A program made the translations under genes and the position numbers. 64,000 bases of DNA from Chiloscyllium plagiosum (Eukaryota). The stretch is from contig NC_057750.1 in NCBI RefSeq assembly GCF_004010195.1, positions 12,065,144 to 12,129,143 on the forward strand, written 5' to 3'. The notes beneath the pieces are model-generated. The model made no database searches and had not been told where the DNA came from. It worked only from the letters and a program-made list of their open reading frames with translations. Shown here one piece after another: positions 12,471-24,490 of this stretch (the first letter of the stretch is position 1; every line of letters starts with the position of its first letter).

Positions 12471-13367
12471 TGGACTGGTACATTTTCACAATTATTAGAG
12501 ATATGTCATAGTTACATCATTATGTTTTACATGAATCTTATTACACCACATGGGAATCACACCAGTGATCACCAATTGCAGAAACATTCACGGCTCAGAA
12601 AGGTTGCTGCTGTTATGCACAGGAGCTGAAAATGGATCTCACACGTTGATGGTGCAGAGACCACTGCATTGAAGTGTGCTGTTTTCAATGCATTTGTTCT
12701 GAACATTAAACACACCAGATATTTCCCAAGTGGGGACAACGCAGACAGAATGTTATTTAAATGTAAATTAACTGAAGTCAGTTGCAAATTAACGTAACTC
12801 TGTACCACTGGTGTCAACAGCTATCACCGTGGGTTTCTCCCCTGCTCTGCAGTGTAATATTCTTGACATTTGCTGTGACACATGAGTCTCCAAAGTCTTT
12901 CTTACACATGGAATGGCACTCCTGCCGGAATGACACTCCTCATTCTTCCCTGTGTTACAACTGCTTTCTTGTAACGGCCAGGTCAGTGTGACACTGGAAT
13001 GCTTTGGAAAATATATTGCCAAAGCTTCAGAGCAGGGTTCATTATGGGATTGGAGAAGAAATGAAAAGGCCAGTCGGGTGAAATGCCTTGTGAAAGTTCA
13101 CCTCAATATCCTCCTTGCTATATTCATCAACACTCTCTGTGACTTCAAGAAAGGACTCAATCAGTTTGGTCGAGCAAGTTCACCTTTCTCAAATATGAGT
13201 GGACTATTAACCTGACTAACCCATTCTTTCACTCATTTAAGTTTGTCCTTGGAAATGGTCTCCTATGGTTTTCTACCTTTAACCTCAGACTGACCTGTTC
13301 TGTATTTAACAAGTTTACCCCTCTCCATATTTTGAAGAGGGATGTAACATTTTGGAATCTTCCAGTC

Positions 13368-14030
13368 ATAGAACATAGAACATTACAGTGCAGTACAGGC
13401 TGTTCAGCCCTCATTGTGTGCTGACCTGTGAAACCAATCTGAAGCCCATCTAACTAGTGGGCGGCACGGTGGCACAGTGGTTAGCACTGCTGCCTCACAG
13501 CGCCAGAGACCCGGGTTCAATTCCCGCCTCAGGCGACTGACTGTGTGGAGTTTGCACGTTCTCCCCGTGTCTGCGTGGGTTTCCTCCAGGTGCTCCGGTT
13601 TCCTCCCACAGTCCAAAGATGTGCAGGGTCAGGTGAATTGGCCATACTAAATTGCCCGTAGTGTTAGGTAAGGGGTAAATGTAGGGGTATGGGTGGGTTT
13701 CGCTTCGGCGGGTCGGTGTGGACTTGTTGGGCCGAAGGGCCTGTTTCCACACTGTAATCTAATCTAATCTAATTTACACTATTCCATTTTCATCCATATC
13801 TTATCCAATGACCATTTAAATGCTCTTAAAGTTGGTGAGTCACCACTGTTGCAGGCAGGCCGTTCCACACCCCTCCTACTCTCTGAGCAAAGAAACTACC
13901 TCTGACATCTGTCCTGTATCTACCACCGCTCACCTTAAAGCTATGCTCCCTCGTGCTAGCCATCACCATCCGAGGAAAAAGACTCTCACCATCCACCCTA
14001 TCTAACCCTCTGATTATATTATAGTCCTTT
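13368..14030 (-). mobile_element. CR1 3' fragment interrupted by a SINE
   Basis: Minus strand reads RGLDRVD..LFP..RYRTDVRG.FF.QRV..VWNGLP; tail complement atagaacatagaacattacag. Confidence 0.85.
13459..13773 (+). mobile_element. Young HE1-type V-SINE
   Basis: A-box TGGCACAGTGG, B-box GGTTCAATTCC, V-domain, (TAATC)n tail, CpGs retained. Confidence 0.95.
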
Positions 14031-14271
14031 AGTGTCACTCCGATATCCAAATAGGTTGAAAGACTGTGCTTATTTCATCTTTGCTTCCCCCAGAAGCTGA
14101 GGATGTATTCTATCTGGTCCAGGAAACTTGTTAACTTTGAGGGAAGCTGACAATTTCATACTCCTTGCTGTCTATTTTTATCCAATCAGAAATCTCTATT
14201 TCCCATTCATCTGCTGCAAAGTTAGAAGAACCTTTTGTGAAGACAGATACAAATAATTCGTTCAGTGTCAC

Positions 14272-14785
14272 CATTTTTCCTCGAATGTCAGAGGCTGAGG
14301 GGTGACCTAATAGAGCTTTATAAAATAATAATGGGCAATGATAGGGTAAATAGACAAGGTCTTTTCCCTGGGGTGGGGAAATCCAGAACTACAGGGCATA
14401 GGTTTAGGGTGAGAGGGGAGACCTTGTCATGCAGAGGGTGGTGTGTGTATGGAATGAGCTGCCAGAGGAAGTGGTGGAGACTGGTACAATTACAACCTTT
14501 AAAAGGCATCTGGATGGGTATATGAACAGGAAGAGTTTAGAGGGATATGGGCCAAGTGCTGGTGAGTGGGGCTAGATTAGAATAAAAGCAAATTATTGCG
14601 GATGCTGGAATCTGAAACCAAAAGAGAAAATACTGGAAAATCTCAGCAGGTCTGACAGCATCTATAAGGAGAGAAAAGAGCTGATGTTTCGAGTCTAACT
14701 GACCCTTTGATTAGGATATCTGGTCGGCATGGACGAGTTGGATTGAAGGATCTGTTTCTGTGCTGTACATTTCTGTCGACTCTAC
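14272..14785 (+). mobile_element. CR1 3' fragment carrying a PLE terminal insert (14581-14708)
   Basis: QRLRGDLIELYKI..LFP; the 3' UTR is split by a 128-bp insert flanked by GATTAG. Confidence 0.85.
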
Positions 14786-15654
14786 AAGATTTCCCTATTG
14801 TTTTATTTTGATTTTCCTAATTGGCTCCACTATTCATTTAACTATCCCATGTCTTCTTATATGCTTGTAGAATATTTTGGGATTCCTTTATATTACACTC
14901 TGACCTGAGAGGGTTTTAGATTAATTTGCGATAGTCTCATAATCACCATTTTCCAGGTTTGTGGATCGAATTTAAATTCCGCTAGTCCCTATGGTGGGAT
15001 TGGAATCCAGATTTCAGACTATTCACCAGGCTCTGGATGATTAGTCCAGTGACATTGCAACTACATAGCCATTTTTCCCAGAAAATGTGTAATTTCCTTT
15101 GCACTGATCTATCTTCAGGTGCCTAGTCCTTAAACTCTGGAATGCTCTCAGTCATACAGCGTGGGAACAGACCCTTTGGTCCAACTAGTCCATGCTGACC
15201 ATGTTCCCAAACTAAACGATTCCCACTTGCCTGCAATGAGCCCATATCTTTCCAAACCCTTTCTATTCCTGTACTTATCCAACTCTCCCTAAAACTTTCA
15301 TCTTCTCTCTCCTCCTTTAAGACATTCTTCAGGTGTGCCTCTTTGACAGGCTTTTAGTCACTTATCCTTATTTTTTTTCTCTGTCTATATTCTCCATATC
15401 ATGGGATGTTTGCATTCGTTGTCTTTTCCAAGTTACCATCAAGCTTGTTAGGCCATTTACTCCCATAAACCACCTGTAGTGTCAGATCGAGTAAGGGTGG
15501 CAGACTTGCATTGTGAATTTCACCAGTGAGTCAAATGGGGCTTAGTTTTTAAATGAAAGTAGATGGTAGCTTTATGGCGCAATTCCTGAGACTAGCCTTC
15601 AACTCTGGCTGTCCACTGGGATTTGAATGCATGTGCCCAGAGCTTTAGCCTGGG

Positions 15655-15754
15655 CCTGAAGAAGGGCTTATGCCCGAAACGTTGATTCTCCTGTTCCCTG
15701 GATGCTGCCTGACCTGCTGCGCTTTTCCAGCAACACATTTTCAGCCCTGAAGAT
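15655..15754 (+). mobile_element. PLE family A terminal fragment starting at a hammerhead core
   Basis: CTGAAGA-A-GGGC-TTAT-GCCC-GAAA-CG-TT; CCTGAAGAA occurs at both ends (15655-15663, 15746-15754). Confidence 0.78.
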
Positions 15755-15919
15755 TACGAGTCCAGTGACATTACCATTACTCCATGTCTCCCACTTACAC
15801 TTCTCTGTGTGGCTTGGTGCCAAATTCTTTGTCTGATGATGGTCACATGACACAGTAAGCCAAATAACCTCTTTCTGTACCCTGGAAATTCTGAGATTCT
15901 TGCAGATGATTTATACTTG

Positions 15920-16241
15920 TAGAATCCCTACAGTGTGGAAACAGGCCCTTCAGCCTAACAAGTCCACACTGACCCTCCGAAGAGCAATACACCCAGTCCC
16001 CTATCATATATTTACTCCTGACTAATGCACTGAACCTGCACACCCCTGAACACTACAGGCAATTTAGGATGGCCAATTCACTAACCTGCACATCTTTGGA
16101 TTGTGGAAGGAAACCAGAGCACCGGGAGGAATCCCATGCTGACACGGGGAGAATGTTCAAACTGCACACAGACAGTCACCCGAGGTTGGAATTCAACCCA
16201 GGTCCCTGGTGCTGTGAGACAGCAGTGCCAACCACTGAGCC
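15920..16241 (-). mobile_element. HE1-type V-SINE
   Basis: V-domain and head on the minus strand. Confidence 0.88.
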
Positions 16242-16519
16242 AAGGAGCTGTATTCATGCTGGTTATTCTTGTATCAATTCTTCAAAACCTGTAGAGTTTC
16301 ACTGGTTAAGCAGGGAGTAATCAAGAGAAGCAATGCTACAATATGTGACTGATGTTGCGGGGAAATGTTCAGATGTGAAATAAGCCAGAAACAGAACAGC
16401 TGATGCTGCCTATATGTCAGGTTTTACGGTACCTTTAAGCTGTCATTTCTTTCTGTGCAGTCAATTAATAATTTCACAGCACCACCAGTTCTGTTTTTTT
16501 ACAACATGCTGCATTTTCT

Positions 16520-17102
16520 GACATCATCGCTCCTGCAAGCAGTGTGCTAAAGCCTGTCTTTTTCACAGCAGGTTCTCTGGGAGATTCCCGAGGTTTCACG
16601 GAATCCCGCTGCAGCTCGAGGTTCCCAGGAATTTTCTCTCTCTCTCTCTCTCTCTCTCTGGCTGTGGTGGCAGGTTTAATGGGATTTCCCTGAGTTCAAT
16701 GAAGGCTGCAGCATCAGGAATTACCCAATCTCATCGAGTCAGCTCCTTCGAACAAGCTGAGATGTACTAGCTTCAGCAGTTGATGCAGCAGTGCTGAGTC
16801 TGAGCTAGCTGAGCAAATCTCGGGATCTCCCTTCTCGCCGGGAATTCCCAGCGTCAGGAGTTGCCCCCCAGCAACCCCGGGTCGTCGTGGGCTTCCCAAT
16901 ATTTGTGAGTAAGCTTCTTAACTGCGAGTGTGAAACGAGGAGGGAAGCAGCACAACAGAAAAATATTAAACTGCTTCCTCCGACACGAGGGAGCTCCAGT
17001 GCTATGTGAGCGTTGAATGTTTAATGATAAAATGACAAGGGTGGGGGAAATTAATAGAAAATCGCAGCAGCTGTTGCAGAGTGCGATCCAACAAAATGGC
17101 GG
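16520..17102 (+). promoter_or_regulatory. Candidate promoter and non-coding first exon of the NCX gene
   Basis: Unique-looking segment with visibly more CpG than its flanks, (CT)n at 16636-16659, four GGGRNNYYCC matches, donor-like TTT|GTGAGT at 16904/16905, YY1-like CAAAATGGCGG at 17092-17102. The link to SLC8A2 is inferred from position and strand only. Confidence 0.4.
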
Positions 17103-18459
17103 GCATACCTACCTGTTAGCTGGTTCCCATAACCGAAACTGGGATGTGATGTGGCCTCCTGGCATTTTATTTCAGTAAACAAAATGGTTGGGAGGGGGGG
17201 GGGTGGTGGTGGTGGTGGGAATGAAGAAGATTTGAGATCTGCAACACACCTCAGGGGGGCCAGAAAAGTGTGTGAGCAGTTTGATCGAATCTAACAGCAA
17301 CCAGTGCACTTGTTCAATACCGATTATTATTGAATCCCATTTCCCCCCTTCAATCCTTTGAAGGGTCAGCTGACTTTGGATGTTGGTCCTGCACCCAAGT
17401 CCCGCTCAGTCAGGGACTGAGTCCTGCTTTAAGGGAGCTGTTTGTCCTGTTTGATTTAAGATACAGTCTGATTTGATACGTGAGTTGCCTAGAAATTTCT
17501 AGCTTGTGCATAAAGATCCAGAATGATTTTGATGCACTTCAGTTCCAGGTTTCACGGACTGAGGGCTGCTGGGATTAAATTCCAGGGAATGCTGCTGGAT
17601 ATACCTGTGCTGGGTGACCTTTCCTTTCAGCTTGGTCCTCTGCTGTATCTGAGGAATTTAATCCTATATGCAGGTTATGGTGAGGTGGTGATTTTTGGGG
17701 TGAAAGAGAGGGTAAAAATGGGACCAACGTGCATCAGCTGTTAAATAACCCCAGAAGGAAAACGGGGCGGAAACAGCAGAGGACAGGTCATCTGATACAG
17801 CTTGTCAAATTTCAGGCTCCTGGCATCCAAATTATTGCATTAATTTCCTTGTCAGAATTCCTGAAGTCGGGTTCCTTACCCACTTTGCTGGCTGCACCTC
17901 AACTCCACTGATGAAACATTGACACAATTTTGAACCCCTGTTCCCTTCAGTTTTGACCCTATCTGACCCACCCACCCCTTTCTTGATCTCGTCTCTACCC
18001 CGAACCACACCCACATCCTGACTCTCACACCTATCCCAATCTCCATTCCCAATCCCTGCGTCCCGATTCTAACCCCCCCAAACCAGTCTCGGCGACGTCC
18101 CAGCACAATCTTGAGCCATGTCATGAATCCCACCCCTACTCTGAATCCTGAGCCCATCTGATCTCTCAACTGATTCTCTCCAATGAGGTACATTTGAAAT
18201 GCAGTCAGTCATGCAGTATTGAAAAATGCAACAGCCACTTTTTGTGCGCAACAGATCCCACAAATTGCCACTTTGCATTAATGTCTACAGCTTTCCTCAC
18301 TGTCGAGTGGTTATAAGCTCGAGCCTCTGTTGCCTCACTATTGTGAGTGGGAAAGGGCATTGCTCTGTGTGAGCAAGAGCAGAGCTGTACATATGGAACC
18401 TGTGTTGAAATGTATGCTGAGATATGGGATTCAACTAGCCTCTTTTTCTTGAGAAGAGT

Positions 18460-19133
18460 GCTGGTTCATAGTTCCTTGAAAGTGGAGCCACAGATACACA
18501 AGTGGAGTTTGGTATGCTTTCCTTTATTGGTCAGAGCATTGAGTATAGGAGTTGGAAAGTCATGTTGAGGCTGTACAGGACATTGGTTAGGCCACTTTTG
18601 GAATACTGTGTGCAGTTCGGGTCTCCCTCCTATAGGAAGGATGTTGTGAAACTTGAAAGGGTTCAGAAAAGATTGACAAGGATGTTGCCAGGGTTTGAGC
18701 TGCAGGGAAAGGTTGAATACACTGGGGCTGTTTTCCCTGGAGCATCAGAGGCTGAGGGGTGACCCTATAGAAGTTTATAAAATCACGGGGGGCATGGATA
18801 GGTTAAATAGATAAGGTCTTTTCCCTGGGGTGGGGGAATCCAAAACTAGAGGGTGTATATTTACAGTCAGAGGGGAAAGTTTTAAAAGGGAGCTAAGGGG
18901 CAACTTTTTCATGCAGAGGGTAGTGTGTGTATGGAATGCTCTGCCATAGGAAGTGGTGGAGGCTGGTACAATTACAACATTTAAAAGACATCTGGATGGG
19001 TACATGAATAGGAAGGGTTTAGAGGGATATGGGCCAAGTGCTGGCAAATGGGACTAGATTAATTTAGGATATCTGGTCAGCATGGGTGATTTGAACTGAA
19101 GGGTCTGTTTCCGTGCTGTACATCTCTGTGACT
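18460..19133 (+). mobile_element. CR1 3' fragment
   Basis: LYRTLVRPLLEYCVQF..LERVQKRLTRMLPG plus the same 3' UTR as 1-2060. Confidence 0.9.
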
Positions 19134-19972
19134 TGTTAGTAACAGCAGAGGAACTCATCAGTGAAACACCCTGTCACCGGAGATGGTCCTGATACTGTAC
19201 AGACAGATACTGGGTCAGGCTGTGCTTGGGGGTACAGAGAAGGTGGAGCTGAGATTCTGAGTGGGGTTATGATGTAGGTACTAATTTCAGACATTGGGAT
19301 TACGAATTTCTTGCAGGTGGGCGTTTGCCACACTGGACTGGGAAGCTTTTTGGCATCAGTAACAACAACGTGCCTTCACGTACCTTTAATATAGTAAAAG
19401 AGTTGGCTAACCTTTTTACATGGAGGGGACACTTGGAAATGTTTTCCTCTTGGGTGCCAGTGTGCACATTTCAGAAAGACATGGGTTGACACAACAGTAA
19501 ACCAAAACCTTGCCAAAAAAAGTAATAAGCTTATAGTTTAAATGTGTAATTTAGTTAAAATGACCATTAAAATGTGTCAAGCAACCAAACTAAATAGTAA
19601 AGCCATATTTTTGTTGATTTGGTTGAGAAGCAGAACTAGAGAGAGAAAAAGAACATCAGCCCAAATCCATGATCACCAGGGAAGGGGAGGGGGGGTGCAG
19701 GTGAAGATTGTAATGTTGTCCTATGCTTGTCTCTGGTGGGGCACACTCCAAGCTGGCCTCAGTGGAGTTCACATGATAGTGGATAACAGAAGTCTTTTCA
19801 GCCTGGGATTTCTTCATCTCGCAGCCTGCTTTCCTTCTCTCCCTCTTCTACTCTCTTACCCCTTTCTGTCTTTCACTTTCATCCCTTTTTCTCTCTCTCT
19901 CTCTCTCTCTTTCTCTCCTGTCCCCCCTCTCTTTACTTCTGCCCTGATCTCTCACCAGTCTCACTCTGCCCC

Positions 19973-20192
19973 AATTTGGAGATGCCGGTGTTGGACTGGG
20001 GTGTACAAAGTTAAAAATCACACGACACCAGGTTATACTCCAACAGGTTTAATTGGAAGCACTAGCTTTCAGAGCGACGCTCCTTCAACCACCTAGCACA
20101 ACCACCTGATGAAGGAGCGTCGCTCTGAAACCTAGTGCTTACAATTAAACGTGTTGGAGTATAACCTGGTGTTGTGTGATTTTTAACTTTTT
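19973..20192. mobile_element. Fold-back PLE derivative (family B) with 10-bp target duplication
   Basis: Inverted arms of ~85 bp; hammerhead-like motif at 20103-20137(+); ACTCTGCCCC at 19963-19972 and 20193-20202. Confidence 0.8.
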
Positions 20193-21065
20193 ACTCTGCC
20201 CCCTTTAACTTCAAGAGAATAATCCATGAGGATTTGTGATCCAAAAATATGAATCAGCAATAATACCATACCAGCAAACATTGTGCGTTGAAATAAAGTG
20301 GGCAAGTTCTTTTCTCTGGAGAAATCCAGCTTGGTAAGAATAGATTTGTTTTCAAAAATGAAACTAAGAAATAACTAGAAGAGTGATCCGACGGCCTGAC
20401 TATCCCTCCCTCCCTCGCGGTTATGGCTCGATGTACAGTTGCTCTCTGCCATCCGATCCTCAGTGGCGTCACCCCATGGTGTGATTCTCAACTCTTCTGA
20501 AACCAGAGTCTCTCTGAAAGCCTTCTAATCCCAGACATGGCCCATAGTCTCACACCATAGCTCCAGGCTGGTCCTCTCGTCCACTCCCACATTTGCTGCT
20601 GATCAACTCACCAGTCAGCCCACAGTGTCCCGCCCAATCTTTCACTCATTACTCACCTGTGTTTGAAACTCCAGCCGAACGAATGAGCTGTAAACTCCTT
20701 GAGCGGTAAAGCAGATGTCGAGCTGTTCAAAATGCTCGGGCAGGGCCTAAGAGGCCCATGGTTTAGGCACCCACAGAATAATACATTTCGAGGCATTTTA
20801 TGGAAGGGATCCCCCTCCAAAAAATGACACTGAACCATTAATCACAAGTGGTTAATATCTTGATTAATTTGGTAAGTATTAAGGTGTGCCTTAATGAAGG
20901 AGGGATGCAGAAATGTTTTGGAGGGAACATCAGAGCTCAAGGCCTATCACGGCGCCAGTGGAGTTGTGATAGAAACTGAGATGCGTTAGAATCTGGAAAT
21001 AAAGAAGCATTGGAACCCCGTAAAGATTTACAGCTGGAAACAGGATTAAAACCTGCTAATAATCA

Positions 21066-21271
21066 TGATTTGGAGATGCCGGTGTTGGACTGGGGTGTAC
21101 AAAGTTCAAAATCATACAACACCAGGTTATAGTCCAACAGATTTATTTGGAAGCACTAGCTTTCGGAGCGCCGCTCCTTCATCAGGTGGTTGTGTGGGAG
21201 CGGCGCTCCGAAAGCTAGTGCTTCCAAATAAATCTGTTGGACTGTAACCTGGTGTTGTGTGATTTTTAACT
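21066..21271. mobile_element. Fold-back PLE derivative (family B)
   Basis: Inverted arms around ~21190; intact hammerhead core on the minus strand. Confidence 0.8.
21154..21188 (-). ncRNA. Minimal type I hammerhead ribozyme motif
   Basis: CAC-CUGAUGA-A-GGAGC-GGC-GCUCC-GAAA-GC-UA-GUG: conserved core, 5-bp stem II, CAC/GUG stem I, palindromic AGCU in place of stem III. Activity untested. Confidence 0.65.
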
Positions 21272-21856
21272 GCCTATCATCAGTTTCGTTGCTAACTGTC
21301 ATTGGGAGCAGCCTGCAGGATGCCATCATAAAATCGTGACACGGAATCGAGTTCCCTGCATTGTTTCTGGTCCACATTAGAATTAACATTTGACAATGTG
21401 GCAGTGGTGCATCGTGACATACAGGAGGAATATAAGAGTACTTTAATGGATGCATCTGACCTTTGGTAAACATTTCACACAGTGAGATAATCTACTGAGC
21501 ATATTTGAAGCGTTTGCCTGTTATTTTGACCATGACTGATAGCAAGCAGCTAGAAATTAAAAGTGGTAAAGGGAGAAAATGGCTGTCTGGAGCATAACAT
21601 GGAGAAAGGACTTGGTATTTATAATGCACCTTGTAAGACCTCAAAATGTCTAAGCAACTCACAACCAGTTTAGGTTTTCTTTTGTAGCATAGCTATTGTT
21701 GTCATGTAGATAACATATGGCAGCTGTGAGCTCCACCCAGTTTTAATTATCAACCTCTTTGCATGTGTTATGACACTTCTATTAAATTTGTGGGCGCCGT
21801 GAGTGTTTATTGCCCATTCCTAATTTTCCAGAGAGCAGTTAAGAGTCAATCACATG

Positions 21857-22135
21857 TGGGCAACACAGTGACTCAGTGGATAGCACCGCTGCCTCACAGC
21901 GCCAGGCACACAGGTTCGATTCCACTCTTGAGTAAGTGTGTGGAGTTTGCACATTCTCCCCGTGTCTGCGTGGGTTTTCTCCGTGTTCTCCGGTTTCCTC
22001 CCACAGTCCAAAGATGTACCAGTTGCATGGATTGGCCATAGTGTTCAGGGATGTGCAGGTCAGAGGGTTTAGCTATGGGAAATACAGGGATAGGGTAGGG
22101 GGGTGGGTGTGTGTGTTGATTGGCCTTCGACACTG
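21857..22135 (+). mobile_element. HE1-type SINE nested in a second-family SINE
   Basis: Head and V-domain present; the host resumes near 22140. Confidence 0.85.
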
Positions 22136-22739
22136 TAAGGACGCTACAAGTCTGGAATCATACGTGGGTCAGCCTGGGTAAGGTTTCCTTCTCCAAAAGG
22201 TATTACTGAATCAGATGGATTATTATAACCATCAGAAGTGACAGCATGATTGCCATTAAACTCACTTTTGTTAAATTCCAGATTTATATTGTCCTCAAAT
22301 TTCACTTTTTGCCATGGTGGGATTTGAACCAAGTCCCTAGAATACTGTCCTAGGGTTCTAGATTACCACTATACCACCACCTGCACTCTGGCCATCACAT
22401 CCTGAATTGAAATTTTCTGGCCCAGAGGTTGGGATATTCCCATTTCGTCCCTGTGTCCTGGTATTTAGAAGCAACCCATGGTTATACAGAGACAAGGTGC
22501 ATACATTCTCAAGGTAGTATAGACACTCCAAGGACAATACAGACAGGGTGCATACATTCCCAGGATAGTACAGACACTCCTAGAATAATATAGAGACAGG
22601 ATAGTGCAGTTACTGGGCAGAGCGACAGTGACAGGGCAGTAGAGACATCCCCAGAGCAGTTCATGTAATTCAAGAACTGCACAGGTCTGTACTGAGACTC
22701 CCGACACAGTATAGAGCAATGGAAACACTCCCAAAATGA

Positions 22740-24490
22740 ATACTCCCAGGACAGTGCAGACACTCCCAGGGCAGAATGGATACCCCCAAAACAGCGCAGA
22801 CACTCCCAGGGCAAAATGAATACACCCCAGAACAGTGCAGACACTCCCAGGGCAGAATGGATACCCCAGAGGACAGTGCAGACACTCACAGAGCAGAATG
22901 GATACCCCCAGAACAGAGCAGACACAGCCAGGGCAGAATGGAGACCCCCCAGAACAGTGCAGACACAGCCAGGGCAGAATGGATATCCCCAGAACAGTGC
23001 AGACTCAGCCAGGGCAGAATGGATATCCCCAGAACAGTGCAGACACAGCCAGGGCAGAATAGATACCCCCAAGACAGTACAGACACTCCCAGGGCAGAAT
23101 GGATACACCCCAGGACAGTGCAGACACTCCCAGGGCAAAATGGATACACCCCAGGACAGTGCAGACACTCCCAGGGCAGAATGGATACCCCCAGAACAGA
23201 GCAGACACAGCCAGGGCAGAATGGATATCCCCAGAACAGTGCAGACACAGCCAGGGCAGAATGGATACCCCCAAGACAGTGCAGACACTCCCAGGGCAGA
23301 ATGGATACCTCAGGATAATGCAGACACTCCCAGGGCAGATTGGATACACCCCAGGACAGTGCAAACACTCCCGGGGCAGAATGGATACCCCCAGGACAGT
23401 ACAGACACTCCCAGGGTAGAATGGATACCCCAGGACAGTGTAGACACTCTCAGGGCAGAATGGATACCCCAGGACAGTGCAGACACTCCCAAGGCAGATT
23501 GGATACCCCCCAGGACAGTGCAGACACTCCCAGGGCAGAATGGATACCCCCAGGACAGTACAGACATCTCCCAGGGTAGAATGGATACCCCAGGACAGTG
23601 TAGACACTCTCAGGGCAGAATGGATACTCCAGGACAGTGCAGACACTCTCAGGGCAGAATGGATACCCCAGGACAGTGCAGACACTCCCGGGGCAGAATG
23701 GATACCCCCAGGACAGTACAGACACTCCCAGGGTAGAATGGATACCCCCCAGGACAGTGCAGACACTCCCAGGGCAGAATGGATACCCCCCAGGACAGTG
23801 CAGACACTCCCAGCGTATAATGGATACCCCAGGACAGTGCAGACATTCCCAGGGTAGAATGGATACCCCAGGATAGTGCAGACACTCCCGGGGCAGAATG
23901 GATACCCCCAGGACAGTGCAGACACTTCCAGGGTGGAGTGGATACCCCAGGACAGTGCAGACACTCCCAGGGCAGAATGGATACCCCCAGAACAGTGCAA
24001 ACACTCCCAGGGCAGAATGGAGACCCCCCAGAACAGTGCAGACACTCCCAGGGCAGAATGGATACCCCCAGGACAGTGCAGACACTCCCAGGGCAGATTG
24101 GATACCCCTAGGACAGTGCAGACACTCCCAGGGTAGAATGGATACCCCCAGGACAGTGCAGACACTCCCAGGGTAGAATGGATACCCCAGGACAGTGCAG
24201 ACACTCCCAGGGTAGAATGGATATCCCCAGGACAGTGATGACACACCCAGGGTAGAATGGATACCCCCCAGGACAGTGCAGACACTCCCAGGGTAGAATG
24301 GATACCCCAGGACAGTGCAGACACTCCCAGGGCAGAATGGATACCCCAGGACAGTGCAGACACTCCCAGGGTAGAATGGATACCCCCAGGACAAAGCAGA
24401 CACTCCCAGGGCAGAATGGATATCCCCAGGACAGTGCAGACACTCCCAGGGCAGAATGGATACCCCCAGAACAGTGCAGACACTCCCAGG
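22740..24490. repeat. Minisatellite, ~40-bp unit CAGGACAGTGCAGACACTCCCAGGGCAGAATGGATACCCC, ~43 copies
   Basis: Direct head-to-tail repetition; unit length varies with the C-run; degenerate lead-in from ~22480. Confidence 0.97.

Noticed and set aside
13459..13530. tRNA gene (A-box and B-box)
   Set aside because: It is the tRNA-derived head of an HE1 SINE, continuing into the V-domain; the same applies to the other copies.
16472..16492. REST/NRSE site (CAGCACCAC)
   Set aside because: Only the left half-site; the GGACAG right half is absent.
19695..19720. QVKIV resembling the next NCX2 exon
   Set aside because: Lies upstream of the first coding exon and lacks the DDEEYEK continuation.
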